Assembly: GCA_963850305.1 (NCBI GenBank) | Contig: CAWKKR010000004.1 | Location: 96,001 to 160,000 of the forward strand | Origin: an uncultured delta proteobacterium | GTDB taxonomy: Bacteria; Myxococcota_A; Polyangia; Polyangiales; Polyangiaceae | Reading direction: 5' to 3' | DNA length: 64,000 nucleotides | Part shown: one piece after another, positions 28,389 to 38,119 of the stretch | How the letters are laid out: every line of letters starts with the position of its first letter | Position numbering within the stretch: the stretch's first letter is position 1 | Program-made: the position numbers and the translations under genes | The notes under the pieces: model-generated | Told to the model about the DNA's origin: nothing | Database searches by the model: none | What the model saw: the letters and a program-made list of their open reading frames with translations, nothing else

Positions 28389-29942
28389 ATGAACGGCGCC
28401 GATGCTCTCGTCTCCGCCAGCCGCGCGGCTGGCGTGGAAGTCTGTTTTGCGAATCCCGGGACCACCGAGATGGCCATGGTCGACGCGCTGACGCGGACGA
28501 AGGCCATGCGGGCCGTCCTCGCGCTCTTCGAAGGAGTGGCCTCGGGTGCAGCTGACGGCTACGCGCGCATCACCGGCAAACCGGCGAGCGTGATGCTGCA
28601 TCTCGGCCCTGGCCTCGCCAACGCCACCGCGAACCTCCACAACGCGCGCCGCGCGCAATCTCCGGTCGTCACCTGGGTCGGCGATCACACCACGTGGCTT
28701 CTTCCTCACGACCCTCCGCTCGCGTCCAACATCGAGGCGATAGCGCGCGGCGCCGCGAAGTGGGTGCGCACGACGGGAACGCTCGACGCCCTGGCGTTCG
28801 ACGCCGTCGCGGCCATCGAGGCTGCGCTATCGCCGGTCGCGGGCGTCGCGACGCTCATCGTGCCAGCAGATTTCCAGGAAGCCCAGCTACCCGAGGGGTA
28901 TGTACCGCCGACGCCCGCACGCGCGCACCCCACCGTACGCGCCCTCTCCGCGGAGACAATCGACTCGACGGCGCGGCTCATTCGCGAGGCGAAGCGCCCG
29001 CTCTTCTTCGTTGGAGGTCCGGTGACGGATCGCCCCGGGCTGCTCGACGCCTCGCGGCTCGCGGAGAAGGCAGGCGGCGTGGTGATGTTCGAACAATTTC
29101 CGCGATGCACCCGTCGTGAACCCGGCCTCCCTTCGCCAGACAAGCTCCGGTACCTGCCCTTTCAAGCGCGCGCGCAGCTCGCCGAATACGACGTGGTCGT
29201 CGTGCTCGGCGCGGGAACACCGGTGCCCTTCTTCGGATACCCGGGAGAATCGCCGAAGCTCGTCGCGGAGAACGCGAAGGTCGTCGATCCGGCCGAGGGC
29301 GGACGCGACGTCCACGCCGTGCTCGCGGCCCTTTGCGACGCACTCGGCGCCGCAGGAAAGCCGCGAGGAGCCGCCGGGCGAATCGAGCAGAGTGACCCCG
29401 GTGGCCCGCTTCAACCCCAGAGCATCTGCCAGGGGATCGCAAAGTATCTGCCCGAGAATGCGATCGTCGTCGATGAAGGCATCACGTCGTCGCTCGCGCT
29501 CTATCCGGCGCTCACGGGAGCTTTGCCTCACGAGTACATGGCCTGCAAGGGTGGCTCGATCGGATACGGCACACCGGTCGCGACCGGCGCGGCCGTCGCG
29601 GCACCGGGTCGTCGCGTCGTTACATTCGTGGGCGACGGCTCGTCGCTCTACACGCTGCAGTCGCTGTGGACACAGGCGCGTGAGGGGCTCGACGTCACGA
29701 CCATCGTTCTCGCCAACGACAAGTACGCCGTTCTCCAGATGGAGCTCATGCGAGCGGGCGGCGCGCTGGAAGGCGCGGGGAGCGATCTGACGGAGCTCGG
29801 CCGGCCGTCGCTCGATTTCGAAGCACTCGCGAAAGGGTATGGCGTTCCCGCGCGAACGGTCCGCGACGTCGAGGCGTTCGTGAAGGCGCTGAAGGAATCG
29901 TTCGCCACGCCCGGACCGATGCTGATCTCGTGCGTGTTCTGA
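28389..29942 (+). CDS. ThDP-dependent enzyme, acetolactate synthase large subunit-like / benzoylformate decarboxylase-like
   Basis: CFANPGTTEM, LHLGPGLANA, GDGSSLYTLQSLWT..N ThDP motif. Confidence 0.88.
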   Translation: MNGADALVSASRAAGVEVCFANPGTTEMAMVDALTRTKAMRAVLALFEGVASGAADGYARITGKPASVMLHLGPGLANATANLHNARRAQSPVVTWVGDHTTWLLPHDPPLASNIEAIARGAAKWVRTTGTLDALAFDAVAAIEAALSPVAGVATLIVPADFQEAQLPEGYVPPTPARAHPTVRALSAETIDSTARLIREAKRPLFFVGGPVTDRPGLLDASRLAEKAGGVVMFEQFPRCTRREPGLPSPDKLRYLPFQARAQLAEYDVVVVLGAGTPVPFFGYPGESPKLVAENAKVVDPAEGGRDVHAVLAALCDALGAAGKPRGAAGRIEQSDPGGPLQPQSICQGIAKYLPENAIVVDEGITSSLALYPALTGALPHEYMACKGGSIGYGTPVATGAAVAAPGRRVVTFVGDGSSLYTLQSLWTQAREGLDVTTIVLANDKYAVLQMELMRAGGALEGAGSDLTELGRPSLDFEALAKGYGVPARTVRDVEAFVKALKESFATPGPMLISCVF

Positions 29943-30040
29943 GCCGGTCGCGCGACAGTCTCGCTTTTCGCGTCGCGCGTCGCGTGCTATCCGGGCACGG
30001 TGAGCGTCCAAGCGACGCGAGATACCCTGGAGATTTCGAA

Positions 30041-30913
30041 ATGATTCAAACTCGCCCACGCCGCAGCGTCCTGTACATGCCCGGGTCCAACGCACGTGCC
30101 CAGGAAAAGGCCAAGACGCTACCCTGCGACGGCATCATCTTCGATCTCGAGGACGCGACGGCCCCGGATGCAAAAGCCGCGGCACGAGAAACCGTGTGCA
30201 AATCCGTGCAGGGCGGCGGCTACGGCGGGCGCGAACTCGTCGTTCGAGTGAACGCACTCGACACGGCCTGGGGTCGGGATGATGTGATCGCCGCCGCAAA
30301 AGCCGGCCCCGACGCGATCCTCTTACCGAAGGTGGAGCGAGCGGAACAGGTAAAGGAGCTCGAGGCTCTGATGGTTCAACACGGCGCGCCCGCGAAGACC
30401 GTCATCGAATGCATGATGGAAACGCCGCTCGGGATCCTGAACGCAAAGGAGATCGCCGGGGCGAGCCGCCGGGTCGCCTGCCTCGTCCTCGGGACGAGCG
30501 ATCTGACCAAAGATCTGCACGCCACGCACACGAAGGAGCGCCTGCCGATGCTTACCTCGCTGAGCCTGTGCCTGCTCGCCGCGCGCGCATACAATCTGGC
30601 CATCCTCGACGGCGTGTACCTCGATCTGAGTGACGCGGAGGGCTTCAAGGCCTCGTGCGTCCAGGGCCTGGAGCTCGGCTTCGACGGTAAGACGCTGATC
30701 CATCCGTCGCAGGTCGAGCCCTGTAACGGCGTCTTCTCACCCTCCGAGGACGAGATCGCGCATGCTCGGAAGATCATCGTCGCACACCAGCAGGCCGAGA
30801 AAGAGGGCAAGGGCGTGGTGCTACTCGACGGCAAACTGATCGAAAATCTCCACGTCGAAAACGCGAAGCGCCTCGTGGCGATGTCCGAGGCGATCCGGAG
30901 CCTCGCCGGTTGA
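30041..30913 (+). CDS. CitE/HpcH-family CoA-ester lyase (malyl-CoA lyase/thioesterase-like)
   Basis: RPRRSVLYMPGSN, FDLEDA, GFDGKTLIHPSQV, DGKLIENLH. Confidence 0.9.
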   Translation: MIQTRPRRSVLYMPGSNARAQEKAKTLPCDGIIFDLEDATAPDAKAAARETVCKSVQGGGYGGRELVVRVNALDTAWGRDDVIAAAKAGPDAILLPKVERAEQVKELEALMVQHGAPAKTVIECMMETPLGILNAKEIAGASRRVACLVLGTSDLTKDLHATHTKERLPMLTSLSLCLLAARAYNLAILDGVYLDLSDAEGFKASCVQGLELGFDGKTLIHPSQVEPCNGVFSPSEDEIAHARKIIVAHQQAEKEGKGVVLLDGKLIENLHVENAKRLVAMSEAIRSLAG

Positions 30914-31034
30914 CGCCGTTGCGGGAGTGAGTGGCACGCTTGCGGCGCGGTGGGACCGGACGGCAGAGTCGGGAAGTCCCGCGGCCCAGAACCCCCTGCG
31001 AACGTAGAGCTTTCGCGGTTGTGGCGAATCAGGG

Positions 31035-31568
31035 CTATCGGGATCGGGTCCGCGACGGACGCTTCTTCTTGGCAGCGGAGGCTCTTCGTCCGGGTGCCTT
31101 CGTCGTTACGATCTTCCCGATCCGTTTTTTCGAAGCGGCTTTCTTTCGCTTTTTATCGACGCCCGCAGCCCTAGCTCCAGCTTGCCGGAAGTAGCGCTGC
31201 ATCGGAACGAAGTAATGCTCCTGCCAACCGTCGGAGTACATTTCGCTCTGACCATCAGGGATGCCACTCTGAAGGAGGGTGAGCCGGGAACCACGCTGGA
31301 CGGCGACGAGGCGGATCTCGAGGCGCGAGTCCGGCGCGTTAGCGGGGAACTCCGTCGTGCGCCAGGATTGCAGGATGCGCTTGCCCGGCTCGAGCTCCAG
31401 CTGCCTCCCGGATATATAGCCGTCCCAGGCCGTATGCCGAGTGCCGACGCGTGGCTCGGACGCCGCCGGACTTCCTGTCATCGCGGTGTGACCGGCAGCA
31501 GTAAGCCACGCTTCGAACACCGCGGCCGGTGAGACGGGAAGCGTCGTGACCAGGCGAAGGCTTTCCAT
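31035..31568 (-). CDS. SRPBCC/AHSA1-domain protein with Lys/Arg-rich tail
   Basis: VFEAWL..HTAMTG..AWDGYISG..RILQSWRTTEF..GWQEHYF. Confidence 0.85.
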   Translation of the reverse strand: MESLRLVTTLPVSPAAVFEAWLTAAGHTAMTGSPAASEPRVGTRHTAWDGYISGRQLELEPGKRILQSWRTTEFPANAPDSRLEIRLVAVQRGSRLTLLQSGIPDGQSEMYSDGWQEHYFVPMQRYFRQAGARAAGVDKKRKKAASKKRIGKIVTTKAPGRRASAAKKKRPSRTRSR

Positions 31569-31617
31569 GGCGTCGCTTCGATCGTTACGCCGATAGTCGT
31601 CCGCGATCAACGGGCGT

Positions 31618-32718
31618 TCAGAGCAAAGCGGCCATGAAGTGCACGAGCCGCAGCCGGTCCATGAGCGTCGGCGTGCCCGCTATTTCCACGTGCTCGATGA
31701 GCGGCGTCACGAGGGTTCGATGCGGGCGACCATGGAGATCACGGTCGGCCCAGATCGACTCTTCAGCGGGAATCACGCTGTCGTCGCGACCGTGCAGCAG
31801 AAGCACGGGCACCGTGATTGAGCGGAGGTTTCGTCGCGGAGACAGACTTTCGGACGCGGCTTCCGAATGTTTCAGGACGGATCTCAGCGCGTCGTCGTAG
31901 TCCGACGCATTACCCGAGGCGATGGCCACGAAGAGTCGTTCCGCGGCGAGCGTCGTCCGAAACGACGCGATTGCCCAGGCGACGGAGCGCTTCTCTTCGA
32001 GCCACGCCTTCACTGCGGCGCGCATGACAGCGCGATCGGGCGCCGGCACCAAGGCATCGATATGCTCGTAGATGAGGACCACGAGTCCGTACTCGTGAGC
32101 TTTCCGCTGAACGGGACCGCTCGGGGTTTCGACGGTGTCCGTCAGCAAGAACCGGAGCACTCGTCCGAGATCTTCGTAACCCCCTACGCTCGCCACGTAG
32201 TCGAGGTGCGCCGCGTAGCGCGGGTCTTCCGCGGCGAGCAAGGCGAGCCCGCCGGCGAAGCTGAAGCCCAGAAGACCGACCTTCGCCGAACATCGCTCGG
32301 AAAACCATTGCGCGGCTCCACCGAGCACGTCCGCACCCGCGCGCGTCACCCGATAATCGGCGAGATCGGCAAGCTCGGGCGTCAGTACCGCCACGTTCAC
32401 TCGCGCAAGCTCGGTCGCGAATCGCATGAGACGCGGCTCGTCGATGCCGAGGTAATGCACGCCGTGCCCTATGACGATGCACCGCACGGCGCGCGCGGAA
32501 GGCAGATAGGCTCGCGCCAGCACGCGTTCCGAGCCGACCTCGAGCCACAGGTCTTTCCTCGAGACGGCCGGTGCGGCGGTCGGTGCATGGGAGAGGCGCA
32601 CGAGCACTTCGGCGGCTGCCGCATGTCTCCACACCGGATGCCAGCTGAGCGCGCCGAGCACGAGCCCGGTGAGGGCCCAGATGGACGACCGCGTCGCGAC
32701 CCGCACCTCGTGCAGCAT
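31618..32718 (-). CDS. Exported alpha/beta hydrolase
   Basis: N-terminal hydrophobic segment, GHGVH, GFSFAG nucleophile elbow, LLHGRDDSVIP. Start codon uncertain. Confidence 0.75.
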   Translation of the reverse strand: MLHEVRVATRSSIWALTGLVLGALSWHPVWRHAAAAEVLVRLSHAPTAAPAVSRKDLWLEVGSERVLARAYLPSARAVRCIVIGHGVHYLGIDEPRLMRFATELARVNVAVLTPELADLADYRVTRAGADVLGGAAQWFSERCSAKVGLLGFSFAGGLALLAAEDPRYAAHLDYVASVGGYEDLGRVLRFLLTDTVETPSGPVQRKAHEYGLVVLIYEHIDALVPAPDRAVMRAAVKAWLEEKRSVAWAIASFRTTLAAERLFVAIASGNASDYDDALRSVLKHSEAASESLSPRRNLRSITVPVLLLHGRDDSVIPAEESIWADRDLHGRPHRTLVTPLIEHVEIAGTPTLMDRLRLVHFMAALL

Positions 32719-33026
32719 ACAAGGCGATTGTCGCATGAAACCCAGCCGGACCCGTCCGCGTGGACGCGACCCCGGCCCCCGCGTCGCAGGCCAACTTTCG
32801 TGGCAAGTGGGCGTCTGTGGGCGCGCACGCCAGGCGCAAACTTGCGCTTCCGCATGCGCAGAGGTGCAGGATTCGCGTCGGACGTTATCGAGACCAAAGC
32901 GGTGCCTGACGACGTCGCGCATGTCATGCCGGCAGTGATCGCTACGAGGCAGTTCTCCCGCGAGCATGGAAACTGCATGCGAGAGGGGGGCCCGATCCAT
33001 GCGAGACGCGCCGAGTGATCACGCGA

Positions 33027-33785
33027 TCACCGTGCTGCCGGGTCAGCACCGCCCAATTCGAACCCGACGCTCATCAGCACGCCAATGGAGACACCGCCGA
33101 ACGGCGTCGTCCCGGTGACGACCTGAGGGGTCCCGTCGGAGCCGAGGAATGTCTCGCTCCATGGAGCGTCACCATGTTTCAGGTCGAACGCTGCCACGAT
33201 CTCCGCACCAGCGCGAAACGCGACGAGTCGCTCCGTGAAGCGATCCGACACACCGACGCGAAGGCTCAAACTCGGCACTGAATACGCGAGACCATTTGGG
33301 CCATAGGTCGTGCTGTCGTCGAGGTACGTCCGCGCCCCAACGCCCATCGACGCTTCGAGATCCAGCCAGTGCGAATAGGGTAGCCACACACCGGCGAAGC
33401 CGCTTACCGACCTCCACCGACCCTTTTCGGGTTCCCCGAGCGCCGTCGCATTCCCACCGTCGGTCGTTTCCATTGATGCGCCGATCTGCGCGTAGCTCGC
33501 TCGCACGCGCGCGAGGCCGCCGACGAACGCGTGGGCGTTGGACGGCGCGCTGGACCACTGGTTCGCCAGACCGGCGAAACCCTCCAGGTCGAACGCGACG
33601 CTCGATGTGGCCTGCAACAGCGGAGCAAAGCGCGGGGCTTCGGTCGAGGGCTCGTCCGCATCGGGGTCTGCTGGAGAAACCTGCGCTCGAGCGTTCGGGG
33701 CAGCGATGGCAAGCACGGACAGGGCCCGAACCAAGAGCCCCTTGCGAGGCCGGGTTCCCTTGCCATGAGCCGACAGCCCGACCAT
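33027..33785 (-). CDS. Putative exported outer-membrane beta-barrel-like protein
   Basis: Signal-like LLVRALSVLAIAAPNARA followed by alternating amphipathic strands ending VLMSVGFEL. Start uncertain. Confidence 0.55.
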   Translation of the reverse strand: MVGLSAHGKGTRPRKGLLVRALSVLAIAAPNARAQVSPADPDADEPSTEAPRFAPLLQATSSVAFDLEGFAGLANQWSSAPSNAHAFVGGLARVRASYAQIGASMETTDGGNATALGEPEKGRWRSVSGFAGVWLPYSHWLDLEASMGVGARTYLDDSTTYGPNGLAYSVPSLSLRVGVSDRFTERLVAFRAGAEIVAAFDLKHGDAPWSETFLGSDGTPQVVTGTTPFGGVSIGVLMSVGFELGGADPAAR

Positions 33786-33850
33786 CTCCGTATTCTGTGC
33801 CCGCTCGTCCCCCATTCGGCTCACGGACGTCCGCACTCCTGGAGGCGGCG

Positions 33851-36800
33851 TCAGTGAGGCATGCCCTGTTGAACGAGACGGCGCGCCTTCCATTCGTGCA
33901 CGAGAAGGAGGAGCGGAGGCTGCATGGCACGGTTCAGGATTGCCAGAATGAGGGATCCGCCGATGACGACGAGCGCCAGTGGTTTCTGCGTCTGTGCGCC
34001 GATGCCGGTCGAGACTGCCGCCGGCAGTAGGCCCAGCGTCGCCACGAGCGTGGTCATCAGCACGGGTCGAAGGCGCTTCTCCGCCGCCTCGTGCGCCGCC
34101 TCCGGAATACCCATGCCCTGTTCGCGCTGCCTCTGGAAATGGGTGACGACGAGGATCGCGTCTTGAATCGCGATCCCGAAGATCGACACGAATCCCATCG
34201 CTGCCGAGACGGAGAAGTTGACCCCCGCGAGGAGAAGCGCAAACACGCCTCCGGTACAGGCCACGGGAATCGACACGAGCACGATCGCCGTATCGAGCCA
34301 ATTCTTCATCGCGCCGTAAACGAGGAGCGTGATCAAGGCCAGCGTCACCGGTACGATCAAGAGAAAGCGGGCCATCGCATCACCGTATTCGTTGATCTGG
34401 CCCGCCCAGTCGAGGTGCGTGTCGTATGGCAGCTGGATGAACTTCGCGATCTGCGCCTTTGCGTCGTTGATTGTCGACACCAGGTCCCGATTTCGCACGC
34501 TGAACTTCACCGGCGAGTATCGCGCTCCGTCCTCACGGTAGATGATCGACGGGCCCATCTCCTTCGTGATGGTCGCCAGCTGCGCGAGCGGAATCTGTCC
34601 GCCTCCAGGGAGAGATACGGTGATGCGCTTGATCGCCTCCACCGAGTTCCGAAACTTCTCCAGCCACCGAACGGTCAGGTCAAAGGACTTTTCGCCTTCA
34701 TATACGCGCGTCACCGCGCGGCCGCCGATGGCCGCCTGGATGACGTCTTCGACGTCGCCAGTGTTGAGGCCGTATCGGTCGCACGCTTCGCGGTTGATCT
34801 CGATGCGGAGACTGGGCTGACCGAGGGTACGGAACATGCCCAGATCCTGGACGCCAGGGATCTTCGACATGATGCCCACGATCTTGTCGGCGATGCGCTC
34901 GTTGGTTTCGAGATTGGGGCCGATCACCTTGATCGAGTTCTCGCCCTTGATCCCGCTCATCGCTTCTTCGACATTGTCCGAAATCATCTGCGAGAAGTTG
35001 AAGTCCGCGCCGGGGAACGCTCCGTTGAGCTCGTCGGAAAGCTCCTTGGTGAGCTGGTCTTTCGTGTAGCCGCGGGGCCATTCATCGAAAGGCAGCAGCG
35101 GGGCGAAGATCTCGATGTTCTGGAAACCGGCGACGTCCGTGCCGTCATCGGGCCGGCCGAGCTGCGAGACGACGGTCGTGACGACACGGTGCTTGCGATT
35201 CGCGTCCGTGCAGACGATCTTCGGGTCCGCTGGGCAACCGCGGATGATGCCGCGCATCCGGCCGACGTATTCCGCCGACTTCTCGAGTGAGATCGACATG
35301 GGCAGCGTCGCCCGGATCCAGAGGTTCCCTTCCTCGAGCTTGGGCATGAACTCACCTCCGAGGAACCTGAGCGAAATACCGCAGAGCCCGACCGGGAGAA
35401 GGGAAAGGGCGACGGCCGCCTTCGGGTGTTTGAGAACCGTCCGGAAGAGGGGTTGATAGCACCGCTCCAGCGCGTGCATCACGAACGTCTCCTTCTCTTC
35501 CCGACCGGGACGGAGCACGTAGGACGCAAGTACGGGCGTTAGAGTGAGAGCGAGAATGATCGCGCCGCCGATGGCGAACGCGTACGTCAATGCCATCGGC
35601 GAAAAGATGACACCGGACACGCCGGTCATGGTGAAGAGCGGCAGGAACGCGGCGGAGATGATCATGCTGGAGAACAGCATCGGACCACCAACCTCGCGGG
35701 CGCTGCGCGCGATCCGCTCGATGAGGTTCGTCCGCCCGGCCTCACCCATGTGACGGACGATATTTTCGGTCATGATCACGGTGGAATCGACCACGATGCC
35801 GAAATCGACCGCGCCCAGGGAGATCAGGTTTGCCGGAGTGCCGGTTCCGACCATGCCGCAGAAGGCACAGAGCAGGGCCAGCGGAATATTGAGCGCCGTG
35901 ATGAGCGCCGCGCGGACGTCTCCGAGAAAGAAGAACAGAACGATCGTCACGAGTAACATGCCGACGAGCAGGTTCTCCCTGACGGTATGGGTCGTCACCG
36001 CGACGAGGTTGCCGCGATCGTAATAGGGCTCGATGGTCATGCCCGGTGGCAACAGGTGATTTTCACGAATCTCCTGGACCCGCTTGTGCACGCCCGCGAG
36101 CGTGGGCGCCGTTTCGCCGCCGTACCTCATGAGCACGATCCCCTGGACGATGTCTGGGTCGTCGTCGTGTCCGACAATCCCGAGTCGCGGGGCCGCGCCG
36201 ATCTCCGTCTTCGCGACGTCGCGCACTCGAACGGGCGTACCTTGTGAGGCTGCGATGGCAATGTCGTCGATGTCACGAACGTTGCGCAACAATCCGATGC
36301 CGCGAACATTGAACGCCTGCTCGCCGATAGTGAGGCGTTGCCCGCCGACGTTCTGGTTCGCGTTCTGCACCGCTGCGACGAGCTGATCGAGCGTGACGTT
36401 TTCGCCGCTCAACCGATAAGGGTCGACGTCGATGTGATACTGCTTCGTGAAGCCGCCGAAGCTCACGACGTCGATGACGCCGGGAACCTGCTTGAACTGT
36501 CGCTCGAGGATCCAGTCCTCCGCGGTCTTCATCTCGGCGAGGCTGTAGCCGGGGCCCTTGATCTGATACCGGTAGACTTCGCCGATCGCGTTCCATGGGG
36601 AAATCTGCGGCGATACCCCGTCGGGTAGATCGGCCATCGCCAGGCGGTTCAGCACCTCCTGGCGCGCCTTCTCGTAAGTTACGCCCCATGTGAAGTAGCA
36701 CTTCACGTCGCTCAGCCCGAACAGCGACTGCGACCGTACGTGGTCGAGGCCGACCATGCCGGCCATCGCAATCTCGAGCGGGATCGTGACGTAACGCTCG

Positions 36801-36982
36801 ACCTCTTCGGCGCTCGATCCGTTCGGCTGCGCGATGATCTCGACCAGCGGCGGAACCGGATTCGGATACGCTTCGATATCCAGTTTCTGGTAAGAGATCG
36901 TCCCGGCGATGACCAGACCAATCGCCATGAAGATCACCACGGCGCGAGCGCCGAGGGCAAGACGGACGAGTCGCTCGATCAT
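33851..36982 (-). CDS. czcA: CusA/CzcA-family heavy-metal RND efflux pump
   Basis: 1043 aa, SLGAVDFGIVVDSTVIMTEN HME motif, RLRPVLMT, QKPLALVVIGG. Confidence 0.9.
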   Translation of the reverse strand: MIERLVRLALGARAVVIFMAIGLVIAGTISYQKLDIEAYPNPVPPLVEIIAQPNGSSAEEVERYVTIPLEIAMAGMVGLDHVRSQSLFGLSDVKCYFTWGVTYEKARQEVLNRLAMADLPDGVSPQISPWNAIGEVYRYQIKGPGYSLAEMKTAEDWILERQFKQVPGVIDVVSFGGFTKQYHIDVDPYRLSGENVTLDQLVAAVQNANQNVGGQRLTIGEQAFNVRGIGLLRNVRDIDDIAIAASQGTPVRVRDVAKTEIGAAPRLGIVGHDDDPDIVQGIVLMRYGGETAPTLAGVHKRVQEIRENHLLPPGMTIEPYYDRGNLVAVTTHTVRENLLVGMLLVTIVLFFFLGDVRAALITALNIPLALLCAFCGMVGTGTPANLISLGAVDFGIVVDSTVIMTENIVRHMGEAGRTNLIERIARSAREVGGPMLFSSMIISAAFLPLFTMTGVSGVIFSPMALTYAFAIGGAIILALTLTPVLASYVLRPGREEKETFVMHALERCYQPLFRTVLKHPKAAVALSLLPVGLCGISLRFLGGEFMPKLEEGNLWIRATLPMSISLEKSAEYVGRMRGIIRGCPADPKIVCTDANRKHRVVTTVVSQLGRPDDGTDVAGFQNIEIFAPLLPFDEWPRGYTKDQLTKELSDELNGAFPGADFNFSQMISDNVEEAMSGIKGENSIKVIGPNLETNERIADKIVGIMSKIPGVQDLGMFRTLGQPSLRIEINREACDRYGLNTGDVEDVIQAAIGGRAVTRVYEGEKSFDLTVRWLEKFRNSVEAIKRITVSLPGGGQIPLAQLATITKEMGPSIIYREDGARYSPVKFSVRNRDLVSTINDAKAQIAKFIQLPYDTHLDWAGQINEYGDAMARFLLIVPVTLALITLLVYGAMKNWLDTAIVLVSIPVACTGGVFALLLAGVNFSVSAAMGFVSIFGIAIQDAILVVTHFQRQREQGMGIPEAAHEAAEKRLRPVLMTTLVATLGLLPAAVSTGIGAQTQKPLALVVIGGSLILAILNRAMQPPLLLLVHEWKARRLVQQGMPH

Positions 36983-38119
36983 TCAGCCCGTCAGCAGGAG
37001 GGCGCCGGAGGTGACGACTCTCTCGCCCTGGGCGAGCCCCGAGATGATGGGGACGAGGTCACCTTGCACGTCCTCGTCGACGGAGATCGGGCGCTCCACG
37101 AATCGAAGTGTTCCGTCGGGGCGCGCCCCCAATGCGACGAACGCGATCGTCTGCCCTCCGATGTGGAGCACGGCAGTCCTGGGGACCGCCAGTGTGTTCC
37201 GTCCTGCGGTATGGATCGCGACCGTGGCATACATACCGGGACGAAGCAGCCGATCCTGGTTCGCCAGCGTAACCCGCACCCGCGTCGTTCGCGTCGTCGC
37301 GTCGAGCGTGCGCGACGCCCAGTCGATCGTGCCCTCGAACTTACGGTCCGGGTAAGCGACCACCGACACGGTCGCCTTGTCGCCGACCTGGATGCGGCCC
37401 ACGTCCATTTCGTAAACGTCTGCGAGCACCCAAACCGGATCGACCTCGCCGATCGTGAAGAGTTCGACAGCCGGCCCGGAGCCGGAGTACTCGCCCTGGA
37501 CCTCCATGCCAGGATTCACCGCGCGATCGATGACCTCGCCGTCGATCGGCGAATTGAGGACGAACGCTTCGGTGTTGAGCGCCCCCAATCGAAGGATGCG
37601 TGTCTTCTCGCGACTACGCTCGAGCTCCGCCTGTGCGCGCCGGTAGTCGTCCGCCGCGGATTCGTAGTCACGCTGCGATACGGCGTGCATCGCGGCAAGT
37701 TCGCTCTGACGCTCGAAGTTGTGCTTCGCTGCAGCGACGTCCGCGTCCGCTTTCTGCAGGTCAGCGACCGCGATCCCGACGTCCGGTGAGTCGATGATGG
37801 CGAGCGACTGCCCCTTTTTCACGCGCTGACCGAGTTCCGCCGTGATCTGACGGATACGGCCGGTCACGGGGCTGTAAACGTGAGAAACATGGAGATCGTC
37901 GAAGGCAACGCGCCCGGCCGCCGAGATGGAATCGTCGACCTGTTGCTCCGCGACCGGCACGGTGGCGAGGTGCGCTTCCTGCGCCTGTTGTGGCTTGAGC
38001 CAGACCTCGCCCGCCGGCGGCGAAGGCGCTTGCGCGACATCCCGACGTCGGCAAGCGACGCTCGTGCAGACGACGCCCGCGAGAAGCAGCGCCCGACCCC
38101 GTTGAGTCAGTGTTCCCAT
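36983..38119 (-). CDS. czcB: RND periplasmic adaptor (CzcB-like)
   Basis: SPVTGRI..GQRVKKG, SPIDGEV, TRTTRVR..LRPGM. Confidence 0.88.
   Translation of the reverse strand: MGTLTQRGRALLLAGVVCTSVACRRRDVAQAPSPPAGEVWLKPQQAQEAHLATVPVAEQQVDDSISAAGRVAFDDLHVSHVYSPVTGRIRQITAELGQRVKKGQSLAIIDSPDVGIAVADLQKADADVAAAKHNFERQSELAAMHAVSQRDYESAADDYRRAQAELERSREKTRILRLGALNTEAFVLNSPIDGEVIDRAVNPGMEVQGEYSGSGPAVELFTIGEVDPVWVLADVYEMDVGRIQVGDKATVSVVAYPDRKFEGTIDWASRTLDATTRTTRVRVTLANQDRLLRPGMYATVAIHTAGRNTLAVPRTAVLHIGGQTIAFVALGARPDGTLRFVERPISVDEDVQGDLVPIISGLAQGERVVTSGALLLTG

Noticed and set aside
28389..30913. Calling the ThDP enzyme ilvB and the lyase citE of citrate lyase
   Set aside because: There is no small regulatory subunit or citD/citF nearby, so only family-level assignment is supported.
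30932..30943. TGGCACGCTTGC as a sigma54 promoter
   Set aside because: The GG to GC spacing is 7 nt rather than 10, and it lies between convergent genes.
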